Made by a program: the position numbers and the translations under genes
Origin: an uncultured Gemmatimonadales bacterium
GTDB lineage: Bacteria > Gemmatimonadota > Gemmatimonadetes > Gemmatimonadales > Gemmatimonadaceae
Assembly: GCA_963793305.1 (NCBI GenBank)
Contig: CAWBZV010000002.1
Span: forward strand, 576,001 to 640,000
DNA length: 64,000 nt
Direction: 5' to 3'
Shown here: one piece after another, positions 21,036-30,503 of the stretch
How the letters are laid out: each line of letters starts with the position of its first letter
Numbering within the stretch: position 1 is the stretch's first letter
The notes under the pieces: generated by a model
What the model saw: the letters and a program-made list of their open reading frames with translations, nothing else
Told to the model about the DNA's origin: nothing
The model's database searches: none

Positions 21036-21940
21036 GGCTCGAGCCCCATGAGTAGTACGGCCGTGATGAGCTGAGGATTCACGTTGTTCTCGAGCATGTC
21101 TTTCGCTTGCTCGACACGCGTGACACCCGCGACCGCTCGTTGTGCACTCTCGGTATCACCACGCCCGATCGCATCGCGCGCTCGTGCATGCAGCCCAACT
21201 GTCATCGCATCGAGTCGCTCGGCGAAGGCACCACGCGCGCCTGCCGCACCTTGGCGCAATGCGACGCGATACCGATCGGCACCCTGCGCGGTGAGCAACG
21301 CGCTCGCATCCACCTCGCGATGCGTGGGACGCACGCCGTCCGGCGCCACGCGAATCATCACGACGCGCGAGCGTATCGTTGGCAGCAATGCATCCGGCCT
21401 GCTCGTCGTCAGGATGATCGTCGTGTCGGCCGGCGGTTCCTCGAGGGCCTTGAGGAACGCATTCGCTGCTGCCTCGGCGCCCTCCTGTGGAACCATTCGC
21501 TCCGCATCGCCGATCACGACCACTTTGCGCGAACCGATCGCTGGTCGCATCGCCATACGAGCGAGCAGCGCGCGAACCGTCGAGACGTAGATCGCGTCGG
21601 ACCCGGATGGAGGCCCATACTGCCAACCCGTGTCGCGCCGCTCCGCGATCGCCGATGACAGATCCTCCCACACGGTGTCGGCCGACGCATCACTGTCTTT
21701 GAGGCGGGGTCGCGGGAAGATCCATGTAAGATCCGGATGCATGAGCGACGCGGCCCAGACGCAGGCCTGGCACATGCCGCACGGCTTGCCGGCCGGGGCC
21801 GTACACAGCAGGCGTTGCCCGAGCCACAACGCGAGGCGCTGCTTGCCGATGCCACTGGGACCAACGAACGCCATCGCCGACGGCAGTCGTCCCGCGTCAG
21901 CGCTGGCCGCGAGGCGCTCCTTCAAAGTTACGGCAGGCAT
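21032..21940 (-). CDS. holB: DNA polymerase III delta-prime-like subunit (short)
   Basis: GPSGIGK, C...PCGMCQAC...HPD, ANAFLKALEEPP, LLPTIRSR, NVNPQL. Confidence 0.85.
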   Translation of the reverse strand: MPAVTLKERLAASADAGRLPSAMAFVGPSGIGKQRLALWLGQRLLCTAPAGKPCGMCQACVWAASLMHPDLTWIFPRPRLKDSDASADTVWEDLSSAIAERRDTGWQYGPPSGSDAIYVSTVRALLARMAMRPAIGSRKVVVIGDAERMVPQEGAEAAANAFLKALEEPPADTTIILTTSRPDALLPTIRSRVVMIRVAPDGVRPTHREVDASALLTAQGADRYRVALRQGAAGARGAFAERLDAMTVGLHARARDAIGRGDTESAQRAVAGVTRVEQAKDMLENNVNPQLITAVLLMGLEP

Positions 21941-21986
21941 AGGCTGAATATATGGCGCCCCCTCATTCGCCAGTTAACTTGCTCAT

Positions 21987-22607
21987 GTGCCGCCGCTTCG
22001 CACTGTCCAGCCGCCTCCGTCGTCGCCGCCACCACCGGCGCTGCATCTGCGCGCGCTCGATAACCTACAGTTCATTCGCGACACGATGGAACGCGCGGGC
22101 TCGTTCACGGCCATCTCCGGACTCGGGATGATCGTGATCGGCGTCGTGGCGTTCGTTGTCGCGGACATTGCCGCTCACAGCGCCACGCCTCGTGGATGGC
22201 TCATGTCGTGGATCGTCGCGGCGGCGATCAGCGCCGCGGTGTCGGCGTTCGCGATCGCGCGCAAAGCGCGCGGTGCACACACGCCAGTCTTCAATGGCCC
22301 GGGCCGCAAGCTCGCGCTCAGCTTCACACCGACGATGTTCGTTGGCGCGCTCCTCACCGTCGTGCTCTACCGCGCGGGCCTCGTGAGCGCACTCCCGGCA
22401 CTCTGGCTGCTGGTCTACGGTTCGGCGGTGATGACCGGTGGCACCTATTCGGTTCGCATCGTCCCGGTGATGGGACTCTGTTTCGTTGTACTTGGTATTG
22501 TTGCACTGATCGCGCCGGCGACCTGGGGCGACTGGTTACTCGCGGGCGGCTTCGGCGGCCTGCACCTGGCGTTCGGGACGGCGATCGCATGGAGGCATGG
22601 TGGCTAA
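21987..22607 (+). CDS. Membrane protein, about 6 TM
   Basis: DNLQFIRDTMERAGSFTA N-terminus, hydrophobic helices, GFGGLH. Confidence 0.8.
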   Translation: MPPLRTVQPPPSSPPPPALHLRALDNLQFIRDTMERAGSFTAISGLGMIVIGVVAFVVADIAAHSATPRGWLMSWIVAAAISAAVSAFAIARKARGAHTPVFNGPGRKLALSFTPTMFVGALLTVVLYRAGLVSALPALWLLVYGSAVMTGGTYSVRIVPVMGLCFVVLGIVALIAPATWGDWLLAGGFGGLHLAFGTAIAWRHGG

Positions 22608-22986
22608 AGGCAATGGTTCGGCAGTGCCGAAGGACGTCGAGGCCGCGCCACGCGGTGAGCGCCGGGTCGGCGCACGGGCCGCGGCACGGGCCTCCTCGTC
22701 GCTCGATCGCATCATTCACGAGCGACTCCGACTCGGCATCGTGAGCGCGTTGGCCGTCAATCAAGTGTTGAGCTTCAACGAGTTGAAGCAGCTCATGCAG
22801 GCGACCGACGGCAACTTGAGCGTCCACGCCCGCAAGCTCGAGGAGGCCGGCTACATCAGCTGTGAAAAAACGTTCAGCGGCCGGCTGCCCCACACGGAGT
22901 ATCGTCTGACGGCGTCCGGTCGTCGGGCACTGGAGCGCTACCTGGACCACATGGAAGCGCTCATTCGCGCGACCCGCGAAAAGTGA
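22597..22986 (+). CDS. Winged-helix transcriptional regulator (HTH_34/ArsR-like)
   Basis: [37 protein letters not shown]. Confidence 0.9.
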   Translation: MVAKGNGSAVPKDVEAAPRGERRVGARAAARASSSLDRIIHERLRLGIVSALAVNQVLSFNELKQLMQATDGNLSVHARKLEEAGYISCEKTFSGRLPHTEYRLTASGRRALERYLDHMEALIRATREK

Positions 22987-23035
22987 GACGAACCTTTTAT
23001 ATCGACTCGGCAATTTTTTTTGGGGTATAGGCTTC

Positions 23036-23773
23036 ATGGCACAAAGTGCTTCGCCCGCGGGAATGCATGTGGCGATCATTATGGACGGCAACGGACGGTG
23101 GGCGCGCGCCCGTGGACGGCCACGAGCCGCCGGCCATGTCGCCGGCGTCGAGACGGTGCGGAAGATCACGGAGCACGCGTCGACGCTCGGCGTCGGCACT
23201 TTGACCCTATACGCCTTCTCGGCCGACAACTGGCGCCGGCCGGCCCCGGAAGTCCGCGCGCTCATGCGCCTCTTTCGGCGCGCCCTGCGGTCCGAGATGG
23301 AGCGCTGCCTGGTCAACGGCGTCCGGATGTCGATCGTTGGCCGGCGCGACCGGTTGAGCCCGCAACTGCTAGAGACGATCGAGCACGCCGAGTCGGCCAC
23401 CGCCCACGGCCGCACGCTGTGGCTCCGCATCGCGATCGACTACTCATCGCGCGATGCGATCGTGCGCGCCGCCGCCCGCTATGCGGCGCTCCACCCGGGC
23501 GGGGCTCCTGCGATGCCCGGCAACGCGGAATTCGCCGCCCTCCTCTCGGAAGTTCACCACTCGGCCCCGGTGCCAAACGTCGACCTGCTCATCCGCACCG
23601 GCGGTGAGCAGCGGCTCTCGGATTTCCTCCTGTGGGAGTGCTCGTACGCCGAGCTCTATTTCACGCCGCGCATGTGGCCCGAGTTCGACACCGGCGAATT
23701 CTCGCACGCGGTGAACGAGTTCCGGCGGCGTGAGCGGCGGTTCGGTGGCCTTGTGGAGGCAGCCGCCGGTTGA
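23036..23773 (+). CDS. uppS: cis-prenyltransferase (undecaprenyl diphosphate synthase family)
   Basis: [41 protein letters not shown]. Confidence 0.95.
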   Translation: MAQSASPAGMHVAIIMDGNGRWARARGRPRAAGHVAGVETVRKITEHASTLGVGTLTLYAFSADNWRRPAPEVRALMRLFRRALRSEMERCLVNGVRMSIVGRRDRLSPQLLETIEHAESATAHGRTLWLRIAIDYSSRDAIVRAAARYAALHPGGAPAMPGNAEFAALLSEVHHSAPVPNVDLLIRTGGEQRLSDFLLWECSYAELYFTPRMWPEFDTGEFSHAVNEFRRRERRFGGLVEAAAG

Positions 23774-24789
23774 TTGCGGCCGTCCTCCTGCTCGCTCTCC
23801 AGATGCGCGGCGTCAGCGTCGCGCATGATGGCACCGTCTGGGCGAGCAGCCAACACGGCGTCGTTGTCCACTCGACGGACCGCGGTGCGACGTGGCAGAC
23901 CGACACAATCGCCGCGGCCCGCACATTCGACCTGCGCGGCATAGCCGCCGTCGATCATCGCACCGCGCATGCAATAGTCGCTGGAGCAGACACGGGTCGG
24001 ATCTTCGTCACCAGCGACGGTGGCCATTCGTGGCGACTCGAGTACAATGACACGCGCAAGGGCGTCTTCTTCGATGCCATCGCGCTTTGGAGCTCGGCGG
24101 AGCCGAGATCTGTCCAACCGACCAGTCGAGCGGCGCGAAGCGCGCATCGACGTGCCGCGGAGCGGCGCCCGAGAGACCTGATCGTCCTCGGCGATCCGAT
24201 CGGTGATGCGTTTACAGTTCTTGTCAGCCGTGACGCGGGCGCGCATTGGACCGCCGTCCATCCACCGCCCGCGCTCCCTGGCGAAGCGGCCTTTGCGGCC
24301 AGCAACACGTGCCTGGCGACGGGCGCGCCCGGAGAAGCGTGGTTCGTCACCGGTGGGAGTCACACATTCGCACGAGCGTTTCATACGCTCGATTATGGCG
24401 TGCGCTGGTCAGTGACCAGCTTGCCACTTGTGGCTGGTGACGCGAGCTCAGGCGCGTTCTCGATCGCGTTCAATAAGAGTCATGGCGTCGTCGTGGGCGG
24501 CGACTATGCCGTTCCGGATTCGTCGCGCCCGAACATCGCCCTGAGCACAGACGGTGGCGCCACGTGGGCGCTCGGTCCTGGACCAGGCGCTGTACCATAT
24601 CTCTCCGCCGTTGCACCACTTCGAGCCGGCTGGATCGCCACTGGCACGCGCGGAACCTGGATCTCCCGCGACGACGGCATGAGCTGGACGCGGGCCGACA
24701 CGACCACGGAGAACGCGATCGCCGTCACGCCGACACACGCGATTCTCCTCGGGGCGAAAATCCAGCGAATTGGAGATCCAACGCGTTGA
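23770..24789 (+). CDS. BNR/YCF48-like beta-propeller protein with an in-frame insertion
   Basis: Repeated S.DGG.TW Asp-boxes, [15 protein letters not shown]; Arg/Ala-rich insert after DAIALW. Confidence 0.8.
   Translation: MIAAVLLLALQMRGVSVAHDGTVWASSQHGVVVHSTDRGATWQTDTIAAARTFDLRGIAAVDHRTAHAIVAGADTGRIFVTSDGGHSWRLEYNDTRKGVFFDAIALWSSAEPRSVQPTSRAARSAHRRAAERRPRDLIVLGDPIGDAFTVLVSRDAGAHWTAVHPPPALPGEAAFAASNTCLATGAPGEAWFVTGGSHTFARAFHTLDYGVRWSVTSLPLVAGDASSGAFSIAFNKSHGVVVGGDYAVPDSSRPNIALSTDGGATWALGPGPGAVPYLSAVAPLRAGWIATGTRGTWISRDDGMSWTRADTTTENAIAVTPTHAILLGAKIQRIGDPTR
24116..24166 (+). repeat. Hairpin dispersed repeat, copy A (inside a CDS)
   Basis: AACCGACCAGTCGAGCGGCGCGAAGCGCGCATCGACGTGCCGCGGAGCGGC matches 60353-60404 with 4 substitutions and 1 indel. 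Confidence 0.85.
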
Positions 24790-24815
24790 GAGAGGGGACT
24801 GTACAACCCTCTACC

Positions 24816-25305
24816 ATGCGAAAAGCAGCCAACTCCAATATCACGCTGCGACTGATCGGAGGCGCGCCGGCAACACGCGCGCTACGCCTGCTCCGCTCTC
24901 TCGAGAAGCGGCCCGCCGATGGAGCCAGCCGACCCGTCGTAATCGCGCTGGTGCTCCCGACAAATGAGGGAGACGTCACCGAGTCGATGACGACCGACGT
25001 TGGGCGAACCGTCCGTTTCGGGGACGTCACGGTCGACCTCGCCGCCCGCGCGGTCACGCGGAACGGGGAATCGGTGACGCTCACCCCGCGCCAGTTCGAC
25101 CTGCTGGCCGCGCTCGTGCGGTCAGGTGGCCGGGCGATGTCACGCCGGGAGCTCATCGACGTCGCGTGGCCGGACGCGAACGGCAGCGGCGCCCGGACGA
25201 TCGACACCCACATCTCGGCATCTGCGGCACCGGCTCGAGCTCGATGCCGCGGCGCCGCGGCACATCATGACCGTGAAAAAGATGGGCTATCGCTTTCAGG
25301 TCTGA
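24816..25305 (+). CDS. OmpR-type winged-helix DNA-binding protein without a receiver domain; apparent +1 frameshift near 25216
   Basis: LTPRQFDLLAAL..SRRELI..AW...RTIDTHI continues in another frame as HLRHRLE...HIMTVKKMGYRF. Confidence 0.8.
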
Positions 25306-25712
25306 TCGCGGAAGCGGCTCATTGCGCGGAGCCGTTCCCGCTGGGGTGGCGTGAGAATGCTGTCGATGGCCGCCCGCGTGCCGAGCATCAGCGCGCGGAC
25401 ACGCGGTTGATACTCGTTTCGCAGCGAGTCGTACGCGGTCATCTGCCGCGCAATGATCGAGTCGATTTTGACTTGCTGCGCGGACGAGAGATCGAGCTCG
25501 CGTGCGAGCCGCCGCGCGGTCCCGCTGCCCGTTCCGTCCGTGATCACATCCGCGCCGTAGTACCGATATAAGACCAAGCGGTCGATCGCTACGCCGACCG
25601 CGACGCCGGCACATCCCACCAGCAGCAGCACGAGGGCAAACGTGACCTCGCGGCTCAGGTGGCGCTTTCGTGTGCGGGTGCCGAGCTCTCCGACGACGCC
25701 GGCGCTCGCCAT
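25296..25712 (-). CDS. Spy/CpxP/ZraP-like membrane-anchored periplasmic protein
   Basis: One TM; ELDLSSAQQ..I and ILTPPQR LTxxQ-like motifs. Confidence 0.7.
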   Translation of the reverse strand: MASAGVVGELGTRTRKRHLSREVTFALVLLLVGCAGVAVGVAIDRLVLYRYYGADVITDGTGSGTARRLARELDLSSAQQVKIDSIIARQMTAYDSLRNEYQPRVRALMLGTRAAIDSILTPPQRERLRAMSRFRDQT

Positions 25713-26053
25713 CACCGGTCCGTGCCGACGGCCGCCGCGATCACCCACTCTCCGTCGCGCGGTCCCACCGCGGCGACCTCGAATGCCTGCGCCGACGCCT
25801 CATCGCCACTCACGGCGCCGAGCAGCGTTGCTTTGGGAGTGGGGATGAGCGCAATCGCCAGGGCGGCCGCCACCCCGGCGGCGATCCCCGCGGTCGCGGC
25901 CATCCGTGTCCAGCGACCCCAAGATCGGCGAGCGCGAAGCGCGAGCGAGGTATCCATACTGATACGCGCGGCAAGGCCGTCGAAATCGACGCCGCGCGTC
26001 GCGCGCCCGTCCACGCTCCGCCACAGTGCGCGGAGCCGATCGTTGCTCCTCAT
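25712..26053 (-). CDS. Putative anti-sigma factor (single TM)
   Basis: Directly downstream of and ATGA-coupled to the ECF sigma; one TM. Confidence 0.6.
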   Translation of the reverse strand: MRSNDRLRALWRSVDGRATRGVDFDGLAARISMDTSLALRARRSWGRWTRMAATAGIAAGVAAALAIALIPTPKATLLGAVSGDEASAQAFEVAAVGPRDGEWVIAAAVGTDR

Positions 26054-26634
26054 CGGCTCACCAATGGCGCAAGGACGCGCCGCAGTGTCCGCCACGCGTC
26101 ATGCACGTGCCACCGCACGGTTGCCTCGGAGATCGCCAGCGCATCGGCCACTTCGCCGCGCGTACACCCATCGAGCTCGATCAATTCGATGACGATACGC
26201 TGGCGTGGCGGCAGCGCGTCGAGCGCCGACCGAAATCGCGCGCGCACCTCCGCACGCTCGACCGCGAGGTCGGTCCGCTCGACGCCCATGACGTCGTCGG
26301 GCAACGCCTCCGTTCTCCGCAGCGCTCTCGCTTTCCGCGCGTTGAGCCCGCGATTGATGAGCACCCGGTACATCCATGGCCCAAATGGCCGGCCGAGCTC
26401 GAAGCTGTCGATCTGTCGCAACAGGATCATGAACGTCTCCTGCACCAGATCTTCGGCATCTTCCCGATGGCCGAGCAACCGGAACGCGACGGTGAACGCT
26501 CTCCGGATGTAGCGCCGGACGAGCACGTCGTAGGCCGCCGAGTCGCCGCGTTGGACGCGCTCGACCAGGGCGGACTCCTCAGCAACTAGTGCCGCCGGGA
26601 GCGCGACCTCAGTACGGACGCGTGCCGGCTCCAC
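26050..26634 (-). CDS. ECF RNA polymerase sigma factor (start uncertain)
   Basis: DAEDLVQETF, FGPWMYR, LDALPPRQR, EVADAL..SEATVRW. Confidence 0.93.
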   Translation of the reverse strand: MEPARVRTEVALPAALVAEESALVERVQRGDSAAYDVLVRRYIRRAFTVAFRLLGHREDAEDLVQETFMILLRQIDSFELGRPFGPWMYRVLINRGLNARKARALRRTEALPDDVMGVERTDLAVERAEVRARFRSALDALPPRQRIVIELIELDGCTRGEVADALAISEATVRWHVHDAWRTLRRVLAPLVSR

Positions 26635-27145
26635 TGGCGGTCCCTGGCGGTCCCCCGCGCTCGTTGATCAGCGGTCGGTGCGACATCCGCGCCTCGAACG
26701 CGAGCTGATCTTGCAGACTCTGCAGCTTCTTTTGCTGATCGGGATTCAGCACCGCAACGGCCTTCTCGCGCGCCGTCCGTCCGGCGTCGTGCACCTCGCC
26801 GAGCAACCGCGCCGTTGCGCGCCGCGTCGCGAGCAGACTGTCGCGTTGCTCGGCGGTCATCGGCACGGGTGGCACACCAGGCGAGTTCGGCGCCCGGGGC
26901 GGCGGAGCGGCCGATCGCAAATCGTCGAGCGAGTCCCTGAGTGGGCGCACGTGCATCGTGAGCTGCGCGCCGATGCTCTGCAGCGACGTCACCTGCGAGT
27001 CGGCCAACTTGAGCTCCGACCGGTGCAGAATGATGAACGGGGTCGGGTTCTCCGGATCCATCGGCTGCTTGAGCGCTATCGTGTCGGGCGTTTGCGCCGT
27101 CACGACATTGGCCAACAGAACGAGACCGAACGCTACACGCAGCAT
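26609..27145 (-). CDS. Secreted Spy/CpxP-like helical protein
   Basis: Signal peptide; ELKLADSQV and VLNPDQQ motifs. Confidence 0.6.
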   Translation of the reverse strand: MLRVAFGLVLLANVVTAQTPDTIALKQPMDPENPTPFIILHRSELKLADSQVTSLQSIGAQLTMHVRPLRDSLDDLRSAAPPPRAPNSPGVPPVPMTAEQRDSLLATRRATARLLGEVHDAGRTAREKAVAVLNPDQQKKLQSLQDQLAFEARMSHRPLINERGGPPGTASGAGTRPY

Positions 27146-27157
27146 GAGTGCTCCAGT

Positions 27158-28321
27158 TTACACTGCCCGGCCGCCAGCCGTTGGGTTGCCAACACCGAGA
27201 CGGGCCAGCGCTTCCATCACTCGCCGGGTTGCCTCTTCAGTAGTATCGCCGACTGCCGCCAAATGTCCCATCTTCCGCGCCGGTCGCGCCTCTTTTTTTC
27301 CATACAAGTGCAGGCGTGTACCAGGAACGGCCAGCGCCGCCGCGAAATCGGGAGGGGCCGACCCATGCCAGGCGTTGCCGAGAATGTTCGCGATCGCGGC
27401 GGGTGTCACGATGGCCGTGTCGCCGAGCGGTAGGTCGCACACGGCGCGCACGAGTTGCTCGAACTGGCTCGTGACGCACGCCTCGATCGTGTGATGAAAG
27501 CTGTTGTGCGGCCGCGGAGCCAACTCGTTCACCAGCAGCCGGCCGTCCGCGGCGAGGAACATCTCGACGGCGAGCAGACCCACGACGCCGATCCCCTCGG
27601 CCAGCCAGGTGGCGAGCTCCGTCGCTCGTTCGGCCATCCCCGGATCCAAGCGGGCGGGGATCGCCGACCACGCGAGCTGCCCGGCCTCATGAACGTTGAG
27701 CGCCGGCGGATACACGGCTGTCTCGCCGTGAGGTCTGCGGGCCACCATCACCGAGATCTCGGCGGCCAGGTCCACCGCCTGCTCGACGACGCAGCGGGTT
27801 GCCCTGAGGGCTGCCCATGCCTCGGCGCACTCGTCGGGAGTCGTCACCCGAACCTGCCCACGCCCATCGTAGCCGCCGGTGGCAGCTTTCACATAGGACA
27901 CGCCGAACCGCTCGACAGCCTGCCGGCACTCGGCGACCGATGACACGGTGGCATAGGCGCCGACGGGTGCCCCTTGGCTGACGAGCCACTCTTTCTGCCG
28001 CGCCCGATCGCCGACGACCTCCAGGACTTTGGACCCGGGCCGCACGGGCGCGAACTCACTCGCGGCCACGAGGCCGGCCGGCGCGATCCGCTCGATTTCG
28101 AGGGTGACAACGTCGGCCATTTCGGCCAGCCGCGTGGCAGCTGCCACGTCGTCGAACCTCGCCGTGATGCACTGGCTCGCCAGCGGACCCGCTGGTGGGT
28201 GCGGGTCGGGGTCCAACACGACGATGTCATATCCCATCGCGCGGGCGGCGAGCGCGGTCATGCGCCCGAGTTGCCCGCCGCCGAGCAACCCGATCGTCGC
28301 ACCTGGGAGTATTGGGGTCAC
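27158..28321 (-). CDS. purK: N5-carboxyaminoimidazole ribonucleotide synthase
   Basis: IGLLGGGQLGRM, GGYDGRGQ, NELAPRPHNS, HLYGK..RKMGH; GTGA-coupled to purE. Confidence 0.96.
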   Translation of the reverse strand: MTPILPGATIGLLGGGQLGRMTALAARAMGYDIVVLDPDPHPPAGPLASQCITARFDDVAAATRLAEMADVVTLEIERIAPAGLVAASEFAPVRPGSKVLEVVGDRARQKEWLVSQGAPVGAYATVSSVAECRQAVERFGVSYVKAATGGYDGRGQVRVTTPDECAEAWAALRATRCVVEQAVDLAAEISVMVARRPHGETAVYPPALNVHEAGQLAWSAIPARLDPGMAERATELATWLAEGIGVVGLLAVEMFLAADGRLLVNELAPRPHNSFHHTIEACVTSQFEQLVRAVCDLPLGDTAIVTPAAIANILGNAWHGSAPPDFAAALAVPGTRLHLYGKKEARPARKMGHLAAVGDTTEEATRRVMEALARLGVGNPTAGGRAV

Positions 28322-28836
28322 GTCTTCGAGGGCGGCGGCAGAGTCTGCGCGAGCACCTCGTCCCGTCGCTCGGCGCGCCAAGCGCGGATTCGCTCTCTGA
28401 CCTCGGGTCGCGCGATCCCAACAATGAGAGCCGCGAGGATGCCGGCATTTGCGGCCCCGGCGGCGCCGATCGCCAGGGTACCGACGGGCACGCCCTTGGG
28501 CATCTGGACGATGGACAGCAGGGCGTCCATGCCGTTGAGTGCCGTGGCGGGCACCGGAACGCCAAGGACGGGTACGAGGGTTTTCGCCGCCAGCATGCCG
28601 GGCAAATGAGCAGCGCCGCCGGCCCCAGCGATAATCGCCTGCAGGCCGCGGGCTTCCGCCTGTTCGGCGTACTGGAAGAGCCAGTCAGGCGTGCGGTGTG
28701 CCGAGACGACGCGTTCTTCGAAGGGGACCCCGAATGTTCTCAGCATCTCGCACGCCGGCGCCAAGTGTGCGTAGTCGCTTTGGCTGCCCATCACGACGCC
28801 GACCACGGGATCTAAAACGTCAGGAATGGGATTCAT
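28318..28836 (-). CDS. purE: N5-carboxyaminoimidazole ribonucleotide mutase
   Basis: VMGSQSD, VSAHRTP, IAGAGGAAHLPG, SIVQMPKGVPV. Confidence 0.97.
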   Translation of the reverse strand: MNPIPDVLDPVVGVVMGSQSDYAHLAPACEMLRTFGVPFEERVVSAHRTPDWLFQYAEQAEARGLQAIIAGAGGAAHLPGMLAAKTLVPVLGVPVPATALNGMDALLSIVQMPKGVPVGTLAIGAAGAANAGILAALIVGIARPEVRERIRAWRAERRDEVLAQTLPPPSKT

Positions 28837-28886
28837 TCGGTGTAAGGAACCAATAGACGGCGGAAGACGTAATAGGCTATAACACT

Positions 28887-29234
28887 ATGCAAATCATGCA
28901 GCAATTGGGTCTCTCGGTGGGGCTCAGCGCGGCGGGCGGAATGGCGATCCGGCAAGCGATGGCCATGGCCGGCATCCCGGCTGAGTCCGGTGGTCTTCGG
29001 ATCACGGCGCAGCCACATGAGCACGGGTGCAAGTACCTGTTCTCGATCGAACAAGATGCGCGTGAGACGGATTACATTGTTAGGCAGCACGGAATAAAAA
29101 TGTACGTCGATCCATTCTCGGCTGAGCACGTTAATGGGAGTGAGATCGACTTCGCGGAGACCGAAGAGGGCGCTCGATTCACGTTGACGCCTCCAGATCG
29201 GTCGAAGCATTGGAAGGCGCCGCTCGTGGCGTAA
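28887..29234 (+). CDS. Divergent HesB/IscA-like protein lacking the CxC motif
   Basis: GLRI..., YLFSI, D....HGIKMYVDPFS...VNGSEIDF...F pattern. Confidence 0.7.
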   Translation: MQIMQQLGLSVGLSAAGGMAIRQAMAMAGIPAESGGLRITAQPHEHGCKYLFSIEQDARETDYIVRQHGIKMYVDPFSAEHVNGSEIDFAETEEGARFTLTPPDRSKHWKAPLVA

Positions 29235-29264
29235 CCGCTGGCGCGGGTCAGCGGTTGATGCGAC

Positions 29265-29303
29265 GGGCGGACCCGGAAAGGGGTTCGCCCGCTTCGTTTC
29301 TTT
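29265..29303 (+). terminator. Intrinsic terminator
   Basis: GGGCGGACCC-GGAAA-GGGGTTCGCCC followed by a T-rich tract. Confidence 0.65.
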
Positions 29304-29319
29304 GGGGGATAAAGGTAAA

Positions 29320-30252
29320 ATGGCGGTTCAGAAAAAGGGCGCTCGCCGGGCACGGCGCGCACCGGTAGCGATAGAGGCAGACCAGGGGCACGAGCTGCTC
29401 GATCTGTATATCGCGGAGCTGTCGCGCACGCCGGTGATGAACGCCGAGGCGCAGAAAGAGCTCGCGCGAAAGATGCGGAATACGAAGCTCTCGCAGCCCG
29501 AGAAGAACCAGGCGCGCGCGGAGTTGATCAGCGCGAACTTGCGGTTCGCGTTCTCGGTCGCCAAGCAGTACCAGAATCGCGGGCTGTCGCTCGAGGATCT
29601 GGTCGGCGAGGCGAACGCGGGATTGTGTCGCGCCGCGGACAAGTACGATCCGGACGTTGGCGTGAACTTCATCTCGTACGCCGTGTGGTGGATCAAGCAG
29701 GCCTTGCACGCGTCGATCACGACCAAGGGTCGTTCCGTGCGGTTGCCACTCGGCCGCGCCGGCGACCTCTCGCGTGTCGTCAAGGCCCAGGCAGCGTTGC
29801 GCGCGGCGCTCGGCCGCGAGCCGACGCATAATGAGATCGGCCGGGCGTGCAATTTGAGCCCGGAGATCGCCGAGAGCTTGGTGGCACTCGTGCAGCCCGA
29901 GCGGTCGCTGGATGAGCCGCTCGAGTCGGGTACCAACTCGCGCGCGGGCGGCAGCCGTACGCTCGCCAGTGTCATCGGCAACGATGACGATGAAGAGGGT
30001 CGTTTGCCAGGTCGGCTGGAAGACGAAGACCGTTGGAATGCTTTGCGTTTGGCGTTGGAGCCGTTGCCGGCTCGCGATCGCCAGGTGCTCGTGCTCTACT
30101 ACGGTCTCGAGGGCAAGGAGCCGATGACGCTCGAGCAGATTGGTTCGATGCTCGGAGTCACGCGCGAGCGTGTGCGTCAGTTGCGCGATCGCGCGATCGC
30201 GGCGCTGCGTTCGGGTCAGGCGACAGAAGTCCTGCGCGACTGGGCAGCGTAA
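29320..30252 (+). CDS. Sigma70 RpoD/RpoS-like factor lacking region 1.1
   Basis: ANLRF..SVAKQYQNRGL, FISYAVWWIKQ, MTLEQIG..LGVTRERVRQL. Confidence 0.93.
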   Translation: MAVQKKGARRARRAPVAIEADQGHELLDLYIAELSRTPVMNAEAQKELARKMRNTKLSQPEKNQARAELISANLRFAFSVAKQYQNRGLSLEDLVGEANAGLCRAADKYDPDVGVNFISYAVWWIKQALHASITTKGRSVRLPLGRAGDLSRVVKAQAALRAALGREPTHNEIGRACNLSPEIAESLVALVQPERSLDEPLESGTNSRAGGSRTLASVIGNDDDEEGRLPGRLEDEDRWNALRLALEPLPARDRQVLVLYYGLEGKEPMTLEQIGSMLGVTRERVRQLRDRAIAALRSGQATEVLRDWAA

Positions 30253-30253
30253 G

Positions 30254-30307
30254 AGCCCCCTTGGGGGTTTGGGGGATGAGAGTATTTCCCCCAAACCCCT
30301 AGGGGCT
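30254..30307. terminator. Long G/C-run hairpin between convergent genes
   Basis: AGCCCC..GGGGGTTTGGGGGA / TCCCCCAAACCCC..GGGGCT inverted repeat. Confidence 0.6.
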
Positions 30308-30494
30308 ACTCCGTGAGCCCATGATCCTGAATGCGATCGACGGTGTTCTTGCTGTCGATGTCGGGTTCCGCGTTCGGATCTTCCTCATCCCGCGTCTGCT
30401 CTTCCTCGTTCGCCGCGAACGACGCGCCAGCGAAATCCCGTCCATGCAGGTGGATGACTTTCGGCTCCTCGGGTTCGTCGTCGTGCTCACTCAT
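30306..30494 (-). CDS. Small acidic hypothetical protein
   Basis: 62 aa with strong GAGGAG RBS at the end of the VOC gene. Confidence 0.55.
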   Translation of the reverse strand: MSEHDDEPEEPKVIHLHGRDFAGASFAANEEEQTRDEEDPNAEPDIDSKNTVDRIQDHGLTE

Positions 30495-30503
30495 GTTGTC
30501 TCC

